A stretch of DNA of 64,000 nucleotides from Hydrolagus colliei (Eukaryota): assembly GCA_035084275.1 (NCBI GenBank), contig CM068765.1, positions 5,456,001 to 5,520,000 on the forward strand, written 5' to 3'. Below the pieces are notes generated by a model that saw nothing but the letters and a program-made list of their open reading frames with translations, was not told where the DNA came from and made no database searches. Below, piece after piece: positions 1 through 13,878 of the stretch; the stretch's first letter is position 1, and each line of letters opens with the position of its first letter. Both the position numbers and the translations under genes were made by a program.

Positions 1-249
1 GGTCTAAAAATCCGGCCTAGCTCAACTGGAAACTACATTGTAATTATTGTCAACAACAACAACAACGTGCCCTTCACGGCCCGGGCGTGAAGCTTTTCAC
101 GTTAAAGCGCGTCTCTGAGCGCTAAGCAAAGGCGTGACGTTTAAAGGAAGCTACCAGCAAACTGCACATGACATGAACATGTGTGAATTGATCGCTGTTT
201 ACCAGGCAGGACGAGGGAAATCGATTGTTGTTCCTTCGAAAACCAAATA

Positions 250-428
250 ATAATGAATTGAACATTTCAATCCATGGCTGTCTGTGTTACACTGCCCTGT
301 GGAATTGGCCATTGCGTTTCGCCCACAAAATTCACTTTACAGTGTATCCTGTGAAGCGCTCTGAGACGCCTCAAAGACGTGGTGAGGCGCTGAATCAAAT
401 GCAGGGATTATTAATATTATTTATTATT
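250..428 (+). mobile_element. SINE 3' part
   Basis: CATTTCAATCCA..TGTGAAGCGCT..AAATGCAGGGATTATT. Confidence 0.75.
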
Positions 429-3332
429 GTCAGCAACACTCGATATCAACCGAGAGGACTATTGCTGGTGTTTTATCATTAAAATCCCGCGCGCACCGAT
501 CACTGAATTCAGAGCAGTTTCGCTTTGCTGGGTGAACTGCTGCGAACTTCACACTGAAACAAAGCATGACGACTGGCAAAAACACATCGAACATGTGTCA
601 GTCCCCACTTGAACTCGTTTCCCCTCCACCCCACCCCCCCAATCTCCCCCACCCCCCACCCTCCACCCCCTTTTTCTAGCTTCCTCCTTGCCCTGAGAGC
701 AAACTCCTACTCGCAGGCAGAGGTTATTTTAAACGTTGCGTGGGGGCGGGGAAAATCCCCGGTACTTTACTTCAAAGGAAATCCTCAACTCAAGTCCCAC
801 CCGCTCAACTCAGAGATTAACCACAGAGTTTCAGCGCCCACGCCCAAACAATTCCATTTAACCCCTTCACACACACGCTGAGGCTCGATCTGGCCACTCG
901 TGTCGGAAATTAGTCTCTGGTCACGTGCCTTGTCAGCGCCCCGTTCCCATCCCCTCACTGTCCCGCCTCCGAGACAGAAGGTCGTGGGTTCAAATCCCAC
1001 ACTGGACTTGTGTAGAGGTCATGTCTAGGGGGAGCACTGTCAGAGTTACTGTCCTTCAGATGAGATGTCCACTTTACGCCTGTTCACGTGGACATTCAAT
1101 CATAATAATAATACTAATAATCCTTGAATTTGGTAAAGCGCCTTATTGCGTCTTCGCGACGTCTCAAAGCGCTTCACAGAATAACGTGGTGTAAAGTGGA
1201 TCGGCTGTACGTCTTGCGGGCGGAATTGCGCAATTGATATGTTAACGATTCTGTGGGCGCTAATCGAAAAGAGTAGGCTGTGAGTAGGCCTCGCAGACAA
1301 AATCGGTCATTCACTCGACAGGCTGTCGGTTGGGACGTGGCCGCGTGGAATTTGACAGTGTGAATTTTGTTCCGTTTGCCCACAAGAATAAACGCGCGGT
1401 CGTTGCCTTTCACAGGAAAATCCTGTCAGGCGCCTGACAACATCTCGACGGTTTTGATACGTCATTATGTCAAGCGAGAGGATTATTATCATTATCGAGA
1501 TTCCTTCCCGAGGCAGCCGGCCTTCTTCAGGGAGCAATAAACCAATGTGTAAAGTGCCGCTGGTCCGTTCAAAGTGTTTTGTTTATTTTAAATGATCCTT
1601 TATATAAATATTGATTTGGTGACCAAATTCATGAATTTTTCACAGCAATATTAATGCTTACATGTAATCTAGATTACGCCATGGTAGCGTGTATGTATTG
1701 CATGTGATACATATATACTCCCACATTGGAAGGAAGTCTCAAAGTGCTTTTTTTTAACTTGTAAAGTGTAGTGATTGTGCTTCTTGCAAGTAAATCTGCA
1801 GAATCGTGAACTGTAAGTCAGCGGGCCTTAAGTCTGTGGTGTTTCCAACCACTTCTGCAGCTGCGGCTGTGGAACAACAACAACAACATTACATTACATT
1901 TAGAAAGCGCCTTTCGCGTCAGGCGGGCCAGGCGGGGATGAGGCATTGCGGCTTTAAGAGAAGTGCGTGGTGGAGTGAGGCCAAGGCTGTGTGACTCAGG
2001 GGGAAAGAGCGATATTCTAGCAGACGAACGAACAAGATGGGAAAAATCCTGGGGATGGCTGGTTCAAACCCCGACAGCTTAGAAGCGTGACCTCCACACC
2101 CACTCATCACAAACACTCTGAACCTTCAGTTGTTGCATTTGTCTATCACAGCGTATGTTAGCCCTGTGAGCTTGTCAGCCACGGGCATTGATGTATTATC
2201 TGAGCAGACGCGCTGCATCGTATCACGGCAACATCTCAAGCCAGAAAACATCCAAGGAACACACGAGACGCAGTGACTCCCCACATTTACATGAATATAA
2301 ATACATATAATATTTATTTATTCACATGTTAAATATGTATATATTTTGGTCAGCCGGGTGTCTGTCACATGCGGAAACCCGTCATCATTGTTTAAGCGTC
2401 TCCAAACCAGACTGAGATCTCCATGGTTCCCACCTACACATGGAAATTCCAGAGCTAGATTGTTGGAATGGAATGCGCACTCAAACATATATAAATATGT
2501 ATATTAAACACCCATGCGCGCACAGATATAGGTAAATACTGGATATCTACAGCACAAAGCAGGATGTCAGCCTAGACCGTGAGGTCAAGGACCCAACGTG
2601 AGACTTGAACTCGCAACACGCTGACTCAGAGGCCAGAGTGTGAGTGACTTAGCCAGGCTGACACTTACATGACCCCCCACCCCATTGCTGCACAAATGTG
2701 GAGCGACTGTGAGCACCCGTGAGATCAGCCTCCCCAACTCTCTCCCCAACTCTCTCCCCAACTCTCACCAATTCTCTCATTGACTCTCACCAGTTCTTTC
2801 GCCAACTCTCTTTCATCACCAGTGTGACTTACATGAAACTACATTACAACAACAACAACTTGCATGTATATAACGTCCTTCAGGCAGGGGTAGGGTTCCT
2901 GACGGAGCGCTCACTGTACTGTAAGTAGGTCGGAATCGAGTGACTGGGGGCTGAGTGACTGACTGGGAATGTGCAGTCCGGGAGGTGGCCCCGTGAGGTG
3001 TATGACGATCGACAGTCACGTGTCAGGCAGGAATGGTGAGTGTCTGCCTGTCACAACTACAGACAAAGTGAATTGCAATGGCTGGAGCTGTGGTATTGCT
3101 GTGGGAGGCCAGGTTTCCCACCAGCAATGAACAGTTCGTCTCACAGCCACGTGTGCCGAGCGAGCCCTGCAGCCAGTGGGTAGATGTGTCGTTTGCTTTG
3201 AGGGCAATTTAGCTTCTTACACACGGCCGTCTTTCCTATTTCCTCTCCAATTGTCTCTTGGAAGCTCCACACGACCACAGACCAGGGGGAGAGTATGGAC
3301 ACGTTAGTAAAACAACAACAACAACAAAATGC

Positions 3333-3547
3333 AGAGTCCCAGAGCTCAGTGGTTAGAGCAGTCGCCTTACAAGTGTCCAGGCAGGTCAGGGCGAAACCTT
3401 GGGAAAGTCTCCTTACCCCGCACACACGCCCAATAATAATGCATCCAAAGAAAAAAACCACAATAATAAAATTGGTCATTTCAATCCACGACTGTTTGTA
3501 GGACATCGCTGTGCGCAATTGGCTGCCGCGTTTCGCCCACAAATATA
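3333..3547 (+). mobile_element. SINE truncated by an inverted L2 tail (3548-3608)
   Basis: Head and body match the SINE family, then switch abruptly to (CAA)n ATTACATTTATAGAGCGCC. Confidence 0.8.
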
Positions 3548-4992
3548 CAACGACAACAAAATTACATTTATAGAGCGCCTTTCACGTCGGGAGGACGTCC
3601 CAAGGCCCTGGAAACCCTTGTTTAACGTTACCACTCATTTTAGCATAAGATGTAAAAGCAGGTTTGTCCTTCCAAATATCTTACTCTGCCACAGGTGGGA
3701 ATAATAATACCCAACGCTAATATAATAATAGTAATAAAATAGTAATAAAATCTTGGAGTAGATGAAAGTGATGGAATAAATCATCAAAATTATTAATTAC
3801 CCTTACACCCACTCTGACCTCTCTGTCCATCGCCTCCTATGTTGTTCGAACGAAGCCCAACGCAAGCTCACAGTACAGCAGTTATTATAATACAGTAATA
3901 ATAGTAATAATCTACCTCAGCACTTTGCAGCCCTCTGGCCTCAACACTGATTTTAACTACTTCAAACTTTGAACCCAGCTTCCATCTTCTCTCAGCCTTT
4001 CCTCTCCCTCCCCACATCCACTTCCCTCTCTCCTGTAACCATTCACGCATCCTCTGTTTTAGACGCATCCTTTCTTTCTATAATCTCCCACTGTTGCCTT
4101 CTTTATCTTGCACAGTCAACACCACTGATCTTACCAACGTCTGTCCCCCACCTAAACTTTGCCTTGGTCTTTCTTTCTTCTGCCCCTTCTCTGCTTGTCC
4201 TTAAAGTCTGCTCCATAATAATAACATACAACATAATAATAATACTTGCATTGATATAGCGCTTCTTAAATCTTCTGGACGTCTCAAAGCGCTTCACAGA
4301 ATATACCGTTTCGCCCACAAATATACAGTCAATTCACTTTACAGTATATTCTGTGAAGCGCTTTGAGACATCAATAAGATGTGAAAAGCAAAATGCAAGG
4401 ATTATATATTATTATTACTGTAAAAGTGAATTGACTGTACTGTATATGAGTGGGCGGAACACGGCAGTCAATTGCGCATATCGGTGTCCCACACGCAATG
4501 ACCAATATTTTTTGGAGGGATTATTATGAGGCGAGTGGAGTAAGGAAACCTGCCCTGACTTCAGGGGATGTTCACTGTATAGAAGAGCAGCCCTGAATAA
4601 GGGAATGTAATCTAAAAGACAAAATGACTGCGTATTTTGTGCAAGGATTATTATTATTATTATAGTTTAGCTTCCCCTCCCTCGATCATAGATATATAGA
4701 AACAGGAATAGGGTAATTCAGCCTCTCAAGCCTGTTCCGCCTTGCTATAAGATCAAGGTTGACCTTTACCTCAACTCCAATTTCCTGACCCTGTAGCGCT
4801 CGCCCAACTTTGAGCGTCAGCATCAAAGTGCTTCACTCTGTTAACTGTCAAGTGGAGTGACTGTTTTTGCAGGCAACCGTAGCCGAAACGTCCCGCAAAC
4901 AACCGTGAGGTGGCTTTACGGGGAGGATTCTTGGCCAGTCCAGTCCCTTGTTGTTGATCGACACACCTGAGATCTTTAATGTCCACCTGTGC

Positions 4993-5262
4993 AGTCCTGT
5001 AGCTCCGTGGTTCAATCGCAGGCAGGGCGAAACCTTGGCAAGTCTCCTTACTCCGCACACCCGATAATAATCCCTCAAAAAACAATAATAATTTGGTCAC
5101 TTCAATCCACGACTGTGTGTGGGACACTGCTGTGCACAATTGGCTGCTGCGTTTCCCCCACAACTATACGATCCAATCACTTTATAGTCTATTCTGTGAA
5201 GTGCTTTGAGGCATCTAGTATACGGGAGAAACGCTATGTTGACTGCAAGGATTATGATTATT
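4993..5262 (+). mobile_element. tRNA-derived SINE
   Basis: Matches the family consensus, with a short head deletion. Confidence 0.82.
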
Positions 5263-5715
5263 TACAATTAATGTGATTATATGATTGCTGTGATTATCAT
5301 GATCCTTAACAGGCACATAGAAATATTTCTGTAAAATAAGGCCAGGGAATACTTTACAGATTATAGTTAATGTGGATAAAATTAATCTTCTTCTCTTACA
5401 GATTTGCGAACAAGTATTGTTGAGCCGGCGTGTGTGGCACATAGAGGCTGGAGGCAACGGTATGATGTGATTAGTCACACATGTACATGTAATAAACTAT
5501 TACATAAAGTAAACCATATGAATCGGTTGAAACAAACATCTCTTCGATGAATAGTTCAGGACGGAGAGAGGCACAGAACAGCCCTAATGGAAGAAGAGAG
5601 AAGAGAGTTTCTCTCTCCCTGTGTTGTGGCTGATATTCACACAGATAATATCGATCACTCATTTCACGGCTGCTAATGGGAACTTTCCTGTGCGGAAATT
5701 GATGTAAAATGATAT

Positions 5716-6012
5716 AATAATAATCCTTGCATTCGATAGGGCGCTTTTCACATCCTCTAGACGTCTCAAAGCGCTTAACGGAATATACTTGGAAAGTGAA
5801 TTGACTGTATGTTTGTGGGCAAAACGCGCCAGCCGATTGCACGCAGCAGAGTCCCACAGATTGAAGTGACCAATGTATTATTGGGGGGGTTTTCTTGAGG
5901 GATTATTATCAGGCATATGGAGTAAAGTAAATTGGTGCAAAGTTTTGCCCTGCTGGGAATCGAACACAGGTTTCTTGCTTGCGAGGCGAGTGCTCTAACC
6001 ACTGAGTTCCAA
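5716..6012 (-). mobile_element. tRNA-derived SINE
   Basis: Full reverse complement of the family, including GCTCTAACCACTGAG. Confidence 0.85.
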
Positions 6013-7596
6013 GACTTCGGGACCTAATGTAAATTTGCAAGAAATTGCTGGAGTCAGCAAAGTGCAGAAACAATCAGCCTGGGACTCAGAGGGAGGTATG
6101 GCTGGTAACTTCCGTCTTTACACAGCCCAGCCTGACGATATGATAATATAAATCCTATTGTAAAGTGTATATTTCGCAAGGGAAATCGGGGCAGCCAGTT
6201 TGCACACAGCAACGTTATCCGAAACAGCTGTGGAGTGAGTGACAAATTTTAGCTGAGGGTTTATTGTAGCTCAGTGGTTAGAGCACTCGCCTTGAATATT
6301 GCCCTGGGATCTTTAACATCTGCCTGAACAGGTAGACGAGACTTCGGTTTAACGCTTCATCTCAGACAATGGAACATACCCCTAGCCCTGCATTGGAATG
6401 ACAGCATAGACTATGTGCATCCAAGTCCCGATGTGAGGTTTGAAGCCACAACTATTTGGCTCAAAGGTGAGAGTGCTACCATTACACCGGGCTAGTACAT
6501 TTCCTATTTCCTGTATTTCCTGTCTGTATTGTCATTCATCTGCATAAAGTTGTAGCTCTCTGTGCTATTTTTAGCCCACACTCCACCATATCTCAGACAC
6601 ATACCAAAGGAAAGGGAATCAGCTGGAGCCCGCTGCCCATGTCCTCTACACGCTGTTCAATTTCCTTAGCATTAGGAGGGCTGAGCACTCACTGCTGTCT
6701 ATTTGAATCTCAGCCTGGCTCGGTCAGAAACACTCTCACCTCTTGAATCAGAAAGTGGTAGGTTCACGCCACATGGCTGTTTGTAGGACACGGGTGTGCG
6801 CAAATTGGCTGCCGCAATTGCCTTCAGGTCAATTGCGGCAGTCAATCCAACTTCACAGTAAAGTCTTGTCAAGTGCTTTGGGACATCCTCCTGACGTGAA
6901 AGACTCTCTGCCAAATGCAAGGGGGGCCTGTTGGTTCATAAGATTGGTTTGGACCATCTTTGGCCCATCCAATCTTATCCTCCCAATACATCCCATCCCA
7001 GGATCGAGCTAATTTTGAAATGCTACATTAGTTATCTTGACTTCTTATTGCCAGGAAAGGAAGGGGAGGGGAGGGGGTTGAGGCTATGACACTGGACTCA
7101 GTTATAAAAGCAGTTTGCCTATCTGCTCAGATAGACATTAAAACACAATGATGCTACAGTACAGTATTTGAAAAGAAAGAGAAATTTTAACCAGTGACCC
7201 GACCAAAACTCCCAGAGTAATTGGTCTTTCACCTCCTCACTTATTGTGAGGCCTGCTGGTGTATTTAAGCAAATTACCTGCTGCGTTTGCCTTCAATTGC
7301 ACAGTCACTACACTTCGCATGAACTCTTAGGCACACTCCGAGACACTGCCATATGTGAAGAGTACAGTATAAATATAATTCGTTGTTGTATTTGCCATCA
7401 AAACATTTGTCGTGACGCATGGACGTGTTTGGAGATGTTACAATGGTACTGTATTGGGTGTAGAAACATTGCTAAGTTTATTTGGTTTCTCATCAAGCCA
7501 TGGTTTTCCATCTCCAGGCTGACGAATTTGATATTCAACTCACATTCTCAAGCAAATTGCTGCACATTAACAGCTAAGGATCGCTTACAATATCAT

Positions 7597-7895
7597 TAAC
7601 AATAATCCTTGCATTTCATATAGCACTTTTCATGACATTTCAAAGCGCTTTTCACAGAACATACTGTAAAGTGAATTGACTGTATATAGTTGGGAGAAAC
7701 GCGGCAGCCAATTGCGTCCAGGAGTTTCCCACAATCGGCCATGGATTGAAATGACCAATTTTTACATTTTTGTTTAGGGATTATCATCAGGCATGTGGAC
7801 TTGGAAAAGTTGGCCACGGTTTCACCCTGCCTGGAATTGAATCCAGGTCTCTCGCTTTTATGGCGAGTACTCTAACCACTGAGCTACAGGGCTCC
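7597..7895 (-). mobile_element. tRNA-derived SINE
   Basis: Full reverse complement of the family. Confidence 0.85.
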
Positions 7896-9457
7896 ACAGG
7901 ACTCTCTCTTGGAGATTCCCAGATCGGAACCGCAAACCACCAATTGGCAGACTTCCTAGCATTGATTTGGAATTAAATGCTACTTGCCTCCACCCCCACC
8001 ACACCACCAACTCAATGTTTAACTGGAGCTTTCAGTGCTGGATAGCAGGAATAAGGAATATCGCAGGATACCAGACATTTGATTCGGTGCCTTTAACATT
8101 CTCACTTCTCAAAGCGCTTCACATGGGAATTCCTGTGAGTGTAGTGAATGTTTTTTTTCACTGGCACAGTGTCCCAAACATTGAATGACCTGGGGAGTTG
8201 ATGTCCAGGATTGTGGGACAGAGAGAGAGACTTCCTTCTTTTCTCCCCGATAACATCTCAAAGAGGTTTCCCACAGGATATAATAATGAGATTAATCCTT
8301 GCATTTGATATAGCGCGTTTCACGTCTTCTAGGCGTTCTCAAAGCGCTTCACAGAATATACTGTAAATGTAAAGTGAATTGACTGTGCATTTTGTGGCCG
8401 AATAAACAGCTGTGCCCTCCTCACCCCTAGTGAGTGTTTGGACTGTGAGCTCAAGTCCTCACTTAGGGCTTGAACCCACAACCTCCTGACGCAAAGGCAA
8501 GAGAGCTGCCAAGTGAGCCAGGTCAACACTGAGCTAGGATAACACTGAGCCAGCCCAGCACAACACTGAGCCTGGAAAACACTGAGGCAGACAGACACAT
8601 GAACCGTGGGCAAATTCGATCTCCCGGCATCGGACTCTGTCACTGTTAAGCGCTCAGGGACACTGTCCTGCGTGAAGGGTGCTAGATAAATACAAGCTGC
8701 TGTTATCCGAGGCTCATAAAAATAACAGCTTCCAAATTAGGCTGAAATCCATCATTTTACCAAATCTGGCTGTATATTAAACCAAAGACAAATCATTCTC
8801 ACGACTTAAACTGGGTGGAATTTGAGGCTCCCTCAGAACAAGAGCTGTATCAGCCCTACCAGCCCCCTCCCCCACCCTCCCCCACCACGCCAGCTCCACA
8901 CCACCCCACCCAGCCGTTCGGGAGTGGGGGGTGGGGAGGGGGGAGAGGAAAAACGAAACAAGTGATATTCCCGTGAAATATTTCAGAAGCCAGAGAAAAA
9001 AAAGGCATGAGGAACTTGCAGAGTCTGAAATATTCATGAGGAGGAAATCAAAACACTCGGCGAGCAGCCTGCAGTGAGGGCTGTGAAGTGCGGTGCTTTG
9101 TGTGGAGTGTCAGGGCTGCAGTCTGCAGCAGGCAGAGAGATCTGGCCACATTAAAGGGACTGACTCTATTCGCAAGACCATTCATTTTCCGGGGGGGGAA
9201 TAAAGACCACATTCCCCCAACCACCCACCCACCCACCTACACACCCATCCGAAAATTAATAATGATAAGAAGAAGAATTTGGTCATTCAATTTAGCGGCC
9301 ACTTTTCACCCACAAAACACACGGTCACTACATGTTATGGTGCGGTCTGGGAAGCACTTTGAGACGTCGAGAAGACATGATAAGGCGCTCTATCAAACCC
9401 GAGGATTGTTATTAATTTGGTCGCATCTCTTTGAATGAGTTTGGTAAATTCAATACT

Positions 9458-9830
9458 ACAACAACAGCGACAATGAATGGCAGTACACAGTGACTTTCAC
9501 ATTGGGAGGACAGCCCAAAGCGTGGGACATTACTGGCTGAGCACCCAGCTGGGAGTGGGAATGATCGAGCAGCAGGAAAAGTTGACTGAAAGTTCGGTCA
9601 AAAAGGTAGGTTTGGAATAGGGAGGGAGGGAGGGAGTTGGAGGGAGGGAGTTGGAGGGGCTATGGAACGGAATTCTAGAGAATACGGGCAGATTAGCTGA
9701 AAGGACATCCACTCGTGATCAGGCAAGCAGAGCAGGGGGTAATTAACCAGGCGCCCGCTACCCCCTGAGCAAAGGGAGCAGGTGAGACAGTAGGGTTTGA
9801 GGAGGTTGTGGAGGTAGACCAACATCACCA
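9458..9830 (-). mobile_element. Degraded L2 3' fragment
   Basis: YLHNLLKPY..CSLCS-like translation, with a tail at 9458-9525. Confidence 0.55.
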
Positions 9831-11630
9831 ACAGTAGCAAATTGCATTTTCACAGTGCCAGCCGTAGAGCCTTGTAGCTTCGTGGATGGAGCACCTCGCC
9901 TCACAACCTGGGTCTGATTCCCAGGATGGACGAAACATTGGAGAAGATTCCCTAAACGGGCTTGGATTCCATCCCTGCTCTGTGCCGAGTTACTGACCCT
10001 GATCTCAATAGGGGCAGCAGTTGGGACTCCAATTGGCCTGAGTTCCCCTGGGCTGGGGGTGGGTGGAGAATCAGCCAGTGTCCTGCTCCTGATTGCTATG
10101 TAGAGACAGCCCACCTCCCTGCACCTCAATTGAACGTTTGTTTGCGATCAAGATAGGATCAGATTTAGCAGTGATGCTCTTCACTGTCTAGGCTCACATA
10201 ATAGTCATAATAATAATAATTTTTACCTCCGATACAGCGGCTGTCACGTTTGGGGGAATGTCTCAAAGGGCTTCACAGCAATTACCCCAAGTGTAGTGAC
10301 TGTATTTTGTAAGGTGAAAGCAGCAGCTAATTTGCTCACAACAAAGTCCCACAGACAACAGCAACAACAAAATTACACTTATATAGCGCCTTTCACATTG
10401 GGAGGACGTCCCAAGGCGCTGAAAAGTCAGTGATCAGTACCCGAGCATGTGTGGCACAGTATTGGATGATCTTGTGGATGGAAGAGTTGGGGAGGCTGAC
10501 AAGGAGGAGAGAGGACAGTTGAGAGTCGAACAAGACGCCCAGGTTCCTGACTGGTTGGGTGAGCTGGAGTGGGCATCCATGGATGCTGGTGATGGCAATG
10601 CCTGAGGTGAAACACTCACAAAGTGCCATGGGATCCTTAAACATCCACCTCAACAGGGCACAGATGGGCCCTTGGTTTAATCGATCTCATTTGAAGGACG
10701 ACACACACTCATCCGTGAGTGTCTGTGTCCGAGTGCTGGGAGAGGAGGCAGAAGGTTTCACAGTGATCTCCCAGCAGAGCCATGGTCAGTTTGGTGCCTT
10801 GGTTGTGCCATGAGACCTCCCCGATACATCTAACCTCCCGAGAGACGTAACACAATGTCAAGAATGCTTCCGGGAGGAAATTCCCAATCCCAGATTGCTT
10901 GACACTGTGAAGCCTGCCAATGCTCCCCGCCCGGTTGCATTCGGCGAATGACATTCCCGTGGTCCCATCAGGAGGTAGGAATGTTATTCCTCTCCATCGT
11001 GGGCTCCAGGAAGCAAGCAGCACCGACCAATTCCCCCCAGTTTCAAACTAGGAAGCATGGGGGGGATAATAAAAACAGAGACAAATTTACATGTATTTAC
11101 CCAATCTTTACTTGTTCAGCCCCGGCAGGGGGAGGGTTGGAGGGGTGAGGGATGTGTGTGCAGACTGTGTGGGTGGTCCTCGCTGGACAAGCAACAGGAA
11201 GCTTACCAAGGCAATGCTCTCAATGGCAAAGCGATGAGCTGTGGTTAAATTCCAGCCATCACCTCAACACACGCTGGGAGTCCCTAAAAACCCTGGTTCT
11301 GACCAACCCGAGCCGAACATTCTCCAGGATTAAGAGTGTCCATTCCTACAGAGAGAGAGAGAGTACGCATTCCGTTCCGGACACAGCAGGATGTCCACGC
11401 GTGGGTGACATGGATAGCTCCCGGGCTGACTTGGATGCTGTTAAACACAGTGACGGTTTGCATATGTGTCAGACACACGGCCGATCAAAAATAAATAAGG
11501 TGATGTCAATCGTCTAATGGATGCTCGAAATGTGGGTGTAACAGTGATCAGGACATTTCGAACGATACAGAACCTAGACTCACGACCTCTCTTTTTGAAA
11601 AACTTTTTGTGTGATGTTGAAATGGATTAT

Positions 11631-11942
11631 GGAGCGCCTGTGGCTCAGCGGTTAGAGCGCTCACCTTGCAAGCGAGAGACCTGGGTTCGATTCCCGGCAA
11701 GGAGAAACCTTGGGCAAGTTTCCTTACTCCGCCCGCCTGATAATAAGCCCTCCAGAAAAATATAATAATAATTTGGTCACTCAATCCACGACTGTTTGTG
11801 GGACGCTGCTGTCCACCTCAAACGCGGGGCCGCGTTTCGCCCACAAATTTACAGTGAGTTCACCTGGCAGTGTATTCTGTGAAGCGTTTTGAGGCGTGTA
11901 GAAGACGTGAAAAGCGCTATATCGAATGCAAGGATTATTATT
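11631..11942 (+). mobile_element. tRNA-derived SINE
   Basis: Box A TGGCTCAGCGG, box B GGTTCGATTCC, same body and tail as the family. Confidence 0.88.
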
Positions 11943-12099
11943 AGTTTCATTATTATTCCCATTTGTGAAGCACAAAGATTTTGTGAGGAGTGTACGTTTA
12001 ACCTTGACTCGGGCAATCTGGCTGGAAGTGGATTCTGGAGAACAGTGCGTTGTGTTGAATTCTCTCGCTTGCAGGGATCCACACGGAGTTGCCAGAAGT

Positions 12100-12370
12100 T
12101 AATAATAATGATAGCCCTTCCGTTTGATATTGTGCCTTATCGCATCCTTGAGACGTCTCCGAGACGTCTTCAAGTGCTCTGGGACACCAGCCTGTGTACA
12201 CACACGCTATATAAACGCACGTCGCCTCACACTGTCTCAAAGCGCTTGACGGGATACACTGTAAAGCGCAGTGACTGCGCATTTTGTGAGCGAAACGCGG
12301 CAGCCAGTTTGCGCACAGCGTTATCCCACAAACAGCCACGGAGGGAGGGAATTTTGTTTGGGGGGTTGTA
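12100..12370 (-). mobile_element. SINE 3' part (inverted relative to 11631-11942)
   Basis: Reverse-complement tail and GCAGCCAGTTTGCGCACAGC core. Confidence 0.75.
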
Positions 12371-12716
12371 TCAGGAGACAGAAACTCCCTATCTCTCCTC
12401 AAATACAGGAGAGTCATTTAACATCCACCTGAATCTGGGTTCAATGTCTCACCCAAAATTCAGGTGAGTTTGTAGCCCAAAGTCAACCAAACAGTAGCCC
12501 AATAGTAGCCCAATACTATGCGCCAATTTAAACGAGTGCTTTTGAAATTGTTAACAAAAATACTAAGAATATAAACACAACTCCCAGGTTTACGTGTTTT
12601 TTTTTCTAAATTAGGCACTCGCCCAAAGCTGTCTTTTTTCACACAAAACCCGCCCAATTGGGCGTGAACCCGCCCAACCCGACATTGCTGAATAAAGGGA
12701 ATGTTGCTCTGTACTC

Positions 12717-13610
12717 ACACACACCCCTCCCTCTCACACACACACTTAGCCTCACACACACCCCTCCCTCTCACACACACACTTAGCCTCACACACACAC
12801 CCCTCCCTCTCACACACACACACCCCTCCCTCTCACACACACTTAGCCTTACACACACACCCCTCCCTCTCACACACACACACCCCTCCCTCTCACATAC
12901 ACACTTAGCCTCACACACACACCCCTCCCTCTCACACACACACGTAGCCTTACACACACCCCTCCCTCCCACACACACACCCCTCCCTCTCACACACACA
13001 CTTAGCCTCACACACACACCCCTCCCTCTCACACACACACTTAGCCTCACACACACACCCCTCCCTCTCACATACACACTTAGCCTTACACACATCCACC
13101 CCCCACACACATCTCCACCCCCCCCCACACACACCTCCCCCTTCACACACACACCCCTCCCTCTCACACACACACTTAGCCTTACACACACACCCCTCCC
13201 TCTCACACACACACACCCCTCCCTCTCACATACACACTTAGCCTCACACACACACCCCTCCCTCTCACACACACACGTAGCCTTACACACACCCCTCCCT
13301 CCCACACACACACCCCTCCCTCTCACACACACTTAGCCTCACACACACACCCCTCCCTCTCACATATACACTTAGCCTCACACACACACCCCTCCCTCTC
13401 ACATACACACTTAGCCTTACACACATCCACCCCCCACACACATCTCCACCCCCCCCCCACACACACCTCCCCCTTCACACACACACGTCCACCCCCCCAC
13501 CCCTCACACACTCACACCTCCCCCCTCACATCCACCCCCCACACACACATCCCTCAGTCCCCCCCTCCCCACCTCACACACACTCGCCCTCCCCTACACA
13601 CACACACCCA
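12717..13610. repeat. CA/C-rich minisatellite upstream of the IER5L promoter
   Basis: Repeated CACACACCCCTCCCTCTCACACACACACTTAGCCT units. Confidence 0.95.
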
Positions 13611-13785
13611 TATATGTCTATATACACAGAGATATATGTATATAGACATACAGAGAGACACACATACACGGTACTGTGTGTGTGTGGTGTGTGTATATAT
13701 ATATATATGTGGGGCCTGCGTGTGTCAGTCTGTTTAAAGCTTTTCACATCGGATTTGAACCGCAGTGAGGAGCCGCCTCTCTCCC

Positions 13786-13878
13786 AGATTGGCCGCCTGT
13801 TGACTGGGCGGAGGCGGGGGACCGGAGCCTGAGTGGCCGGGAGTCAAACCCCGTCACCCCCATCGCCTCCTCTATAAA
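13786..13878 (+). promoter_or_regulatory. IER5L core promoter (CCAAT, GC box, TATA)
   Basis: ATTGG near 13789, GGGCGGAGGCGGGG at 13806-13819 and TATAAA at 13873-13878, in canonical order and spacing upstream of the CDS. Confidence 0.7.

Noticed and set aside
11631-11702. tRNA-like sequence with box A/B and a TGC-like loop
   Set aside because: It is the head of a repeated SINE; there is no 3' acceptor stem and it runs into the SINE body.
12701-13511. Long ORFs of up to 211 aa (THTPLPL / VCVRGRG repeats)
   Set aside because: Translations of a CA-rich minisatellite.
13608-13617. CArG-like CCATATATGT upstream of IER5L
   Set aside because: One mismatch, and embedded in a TA/CA microsatellite.
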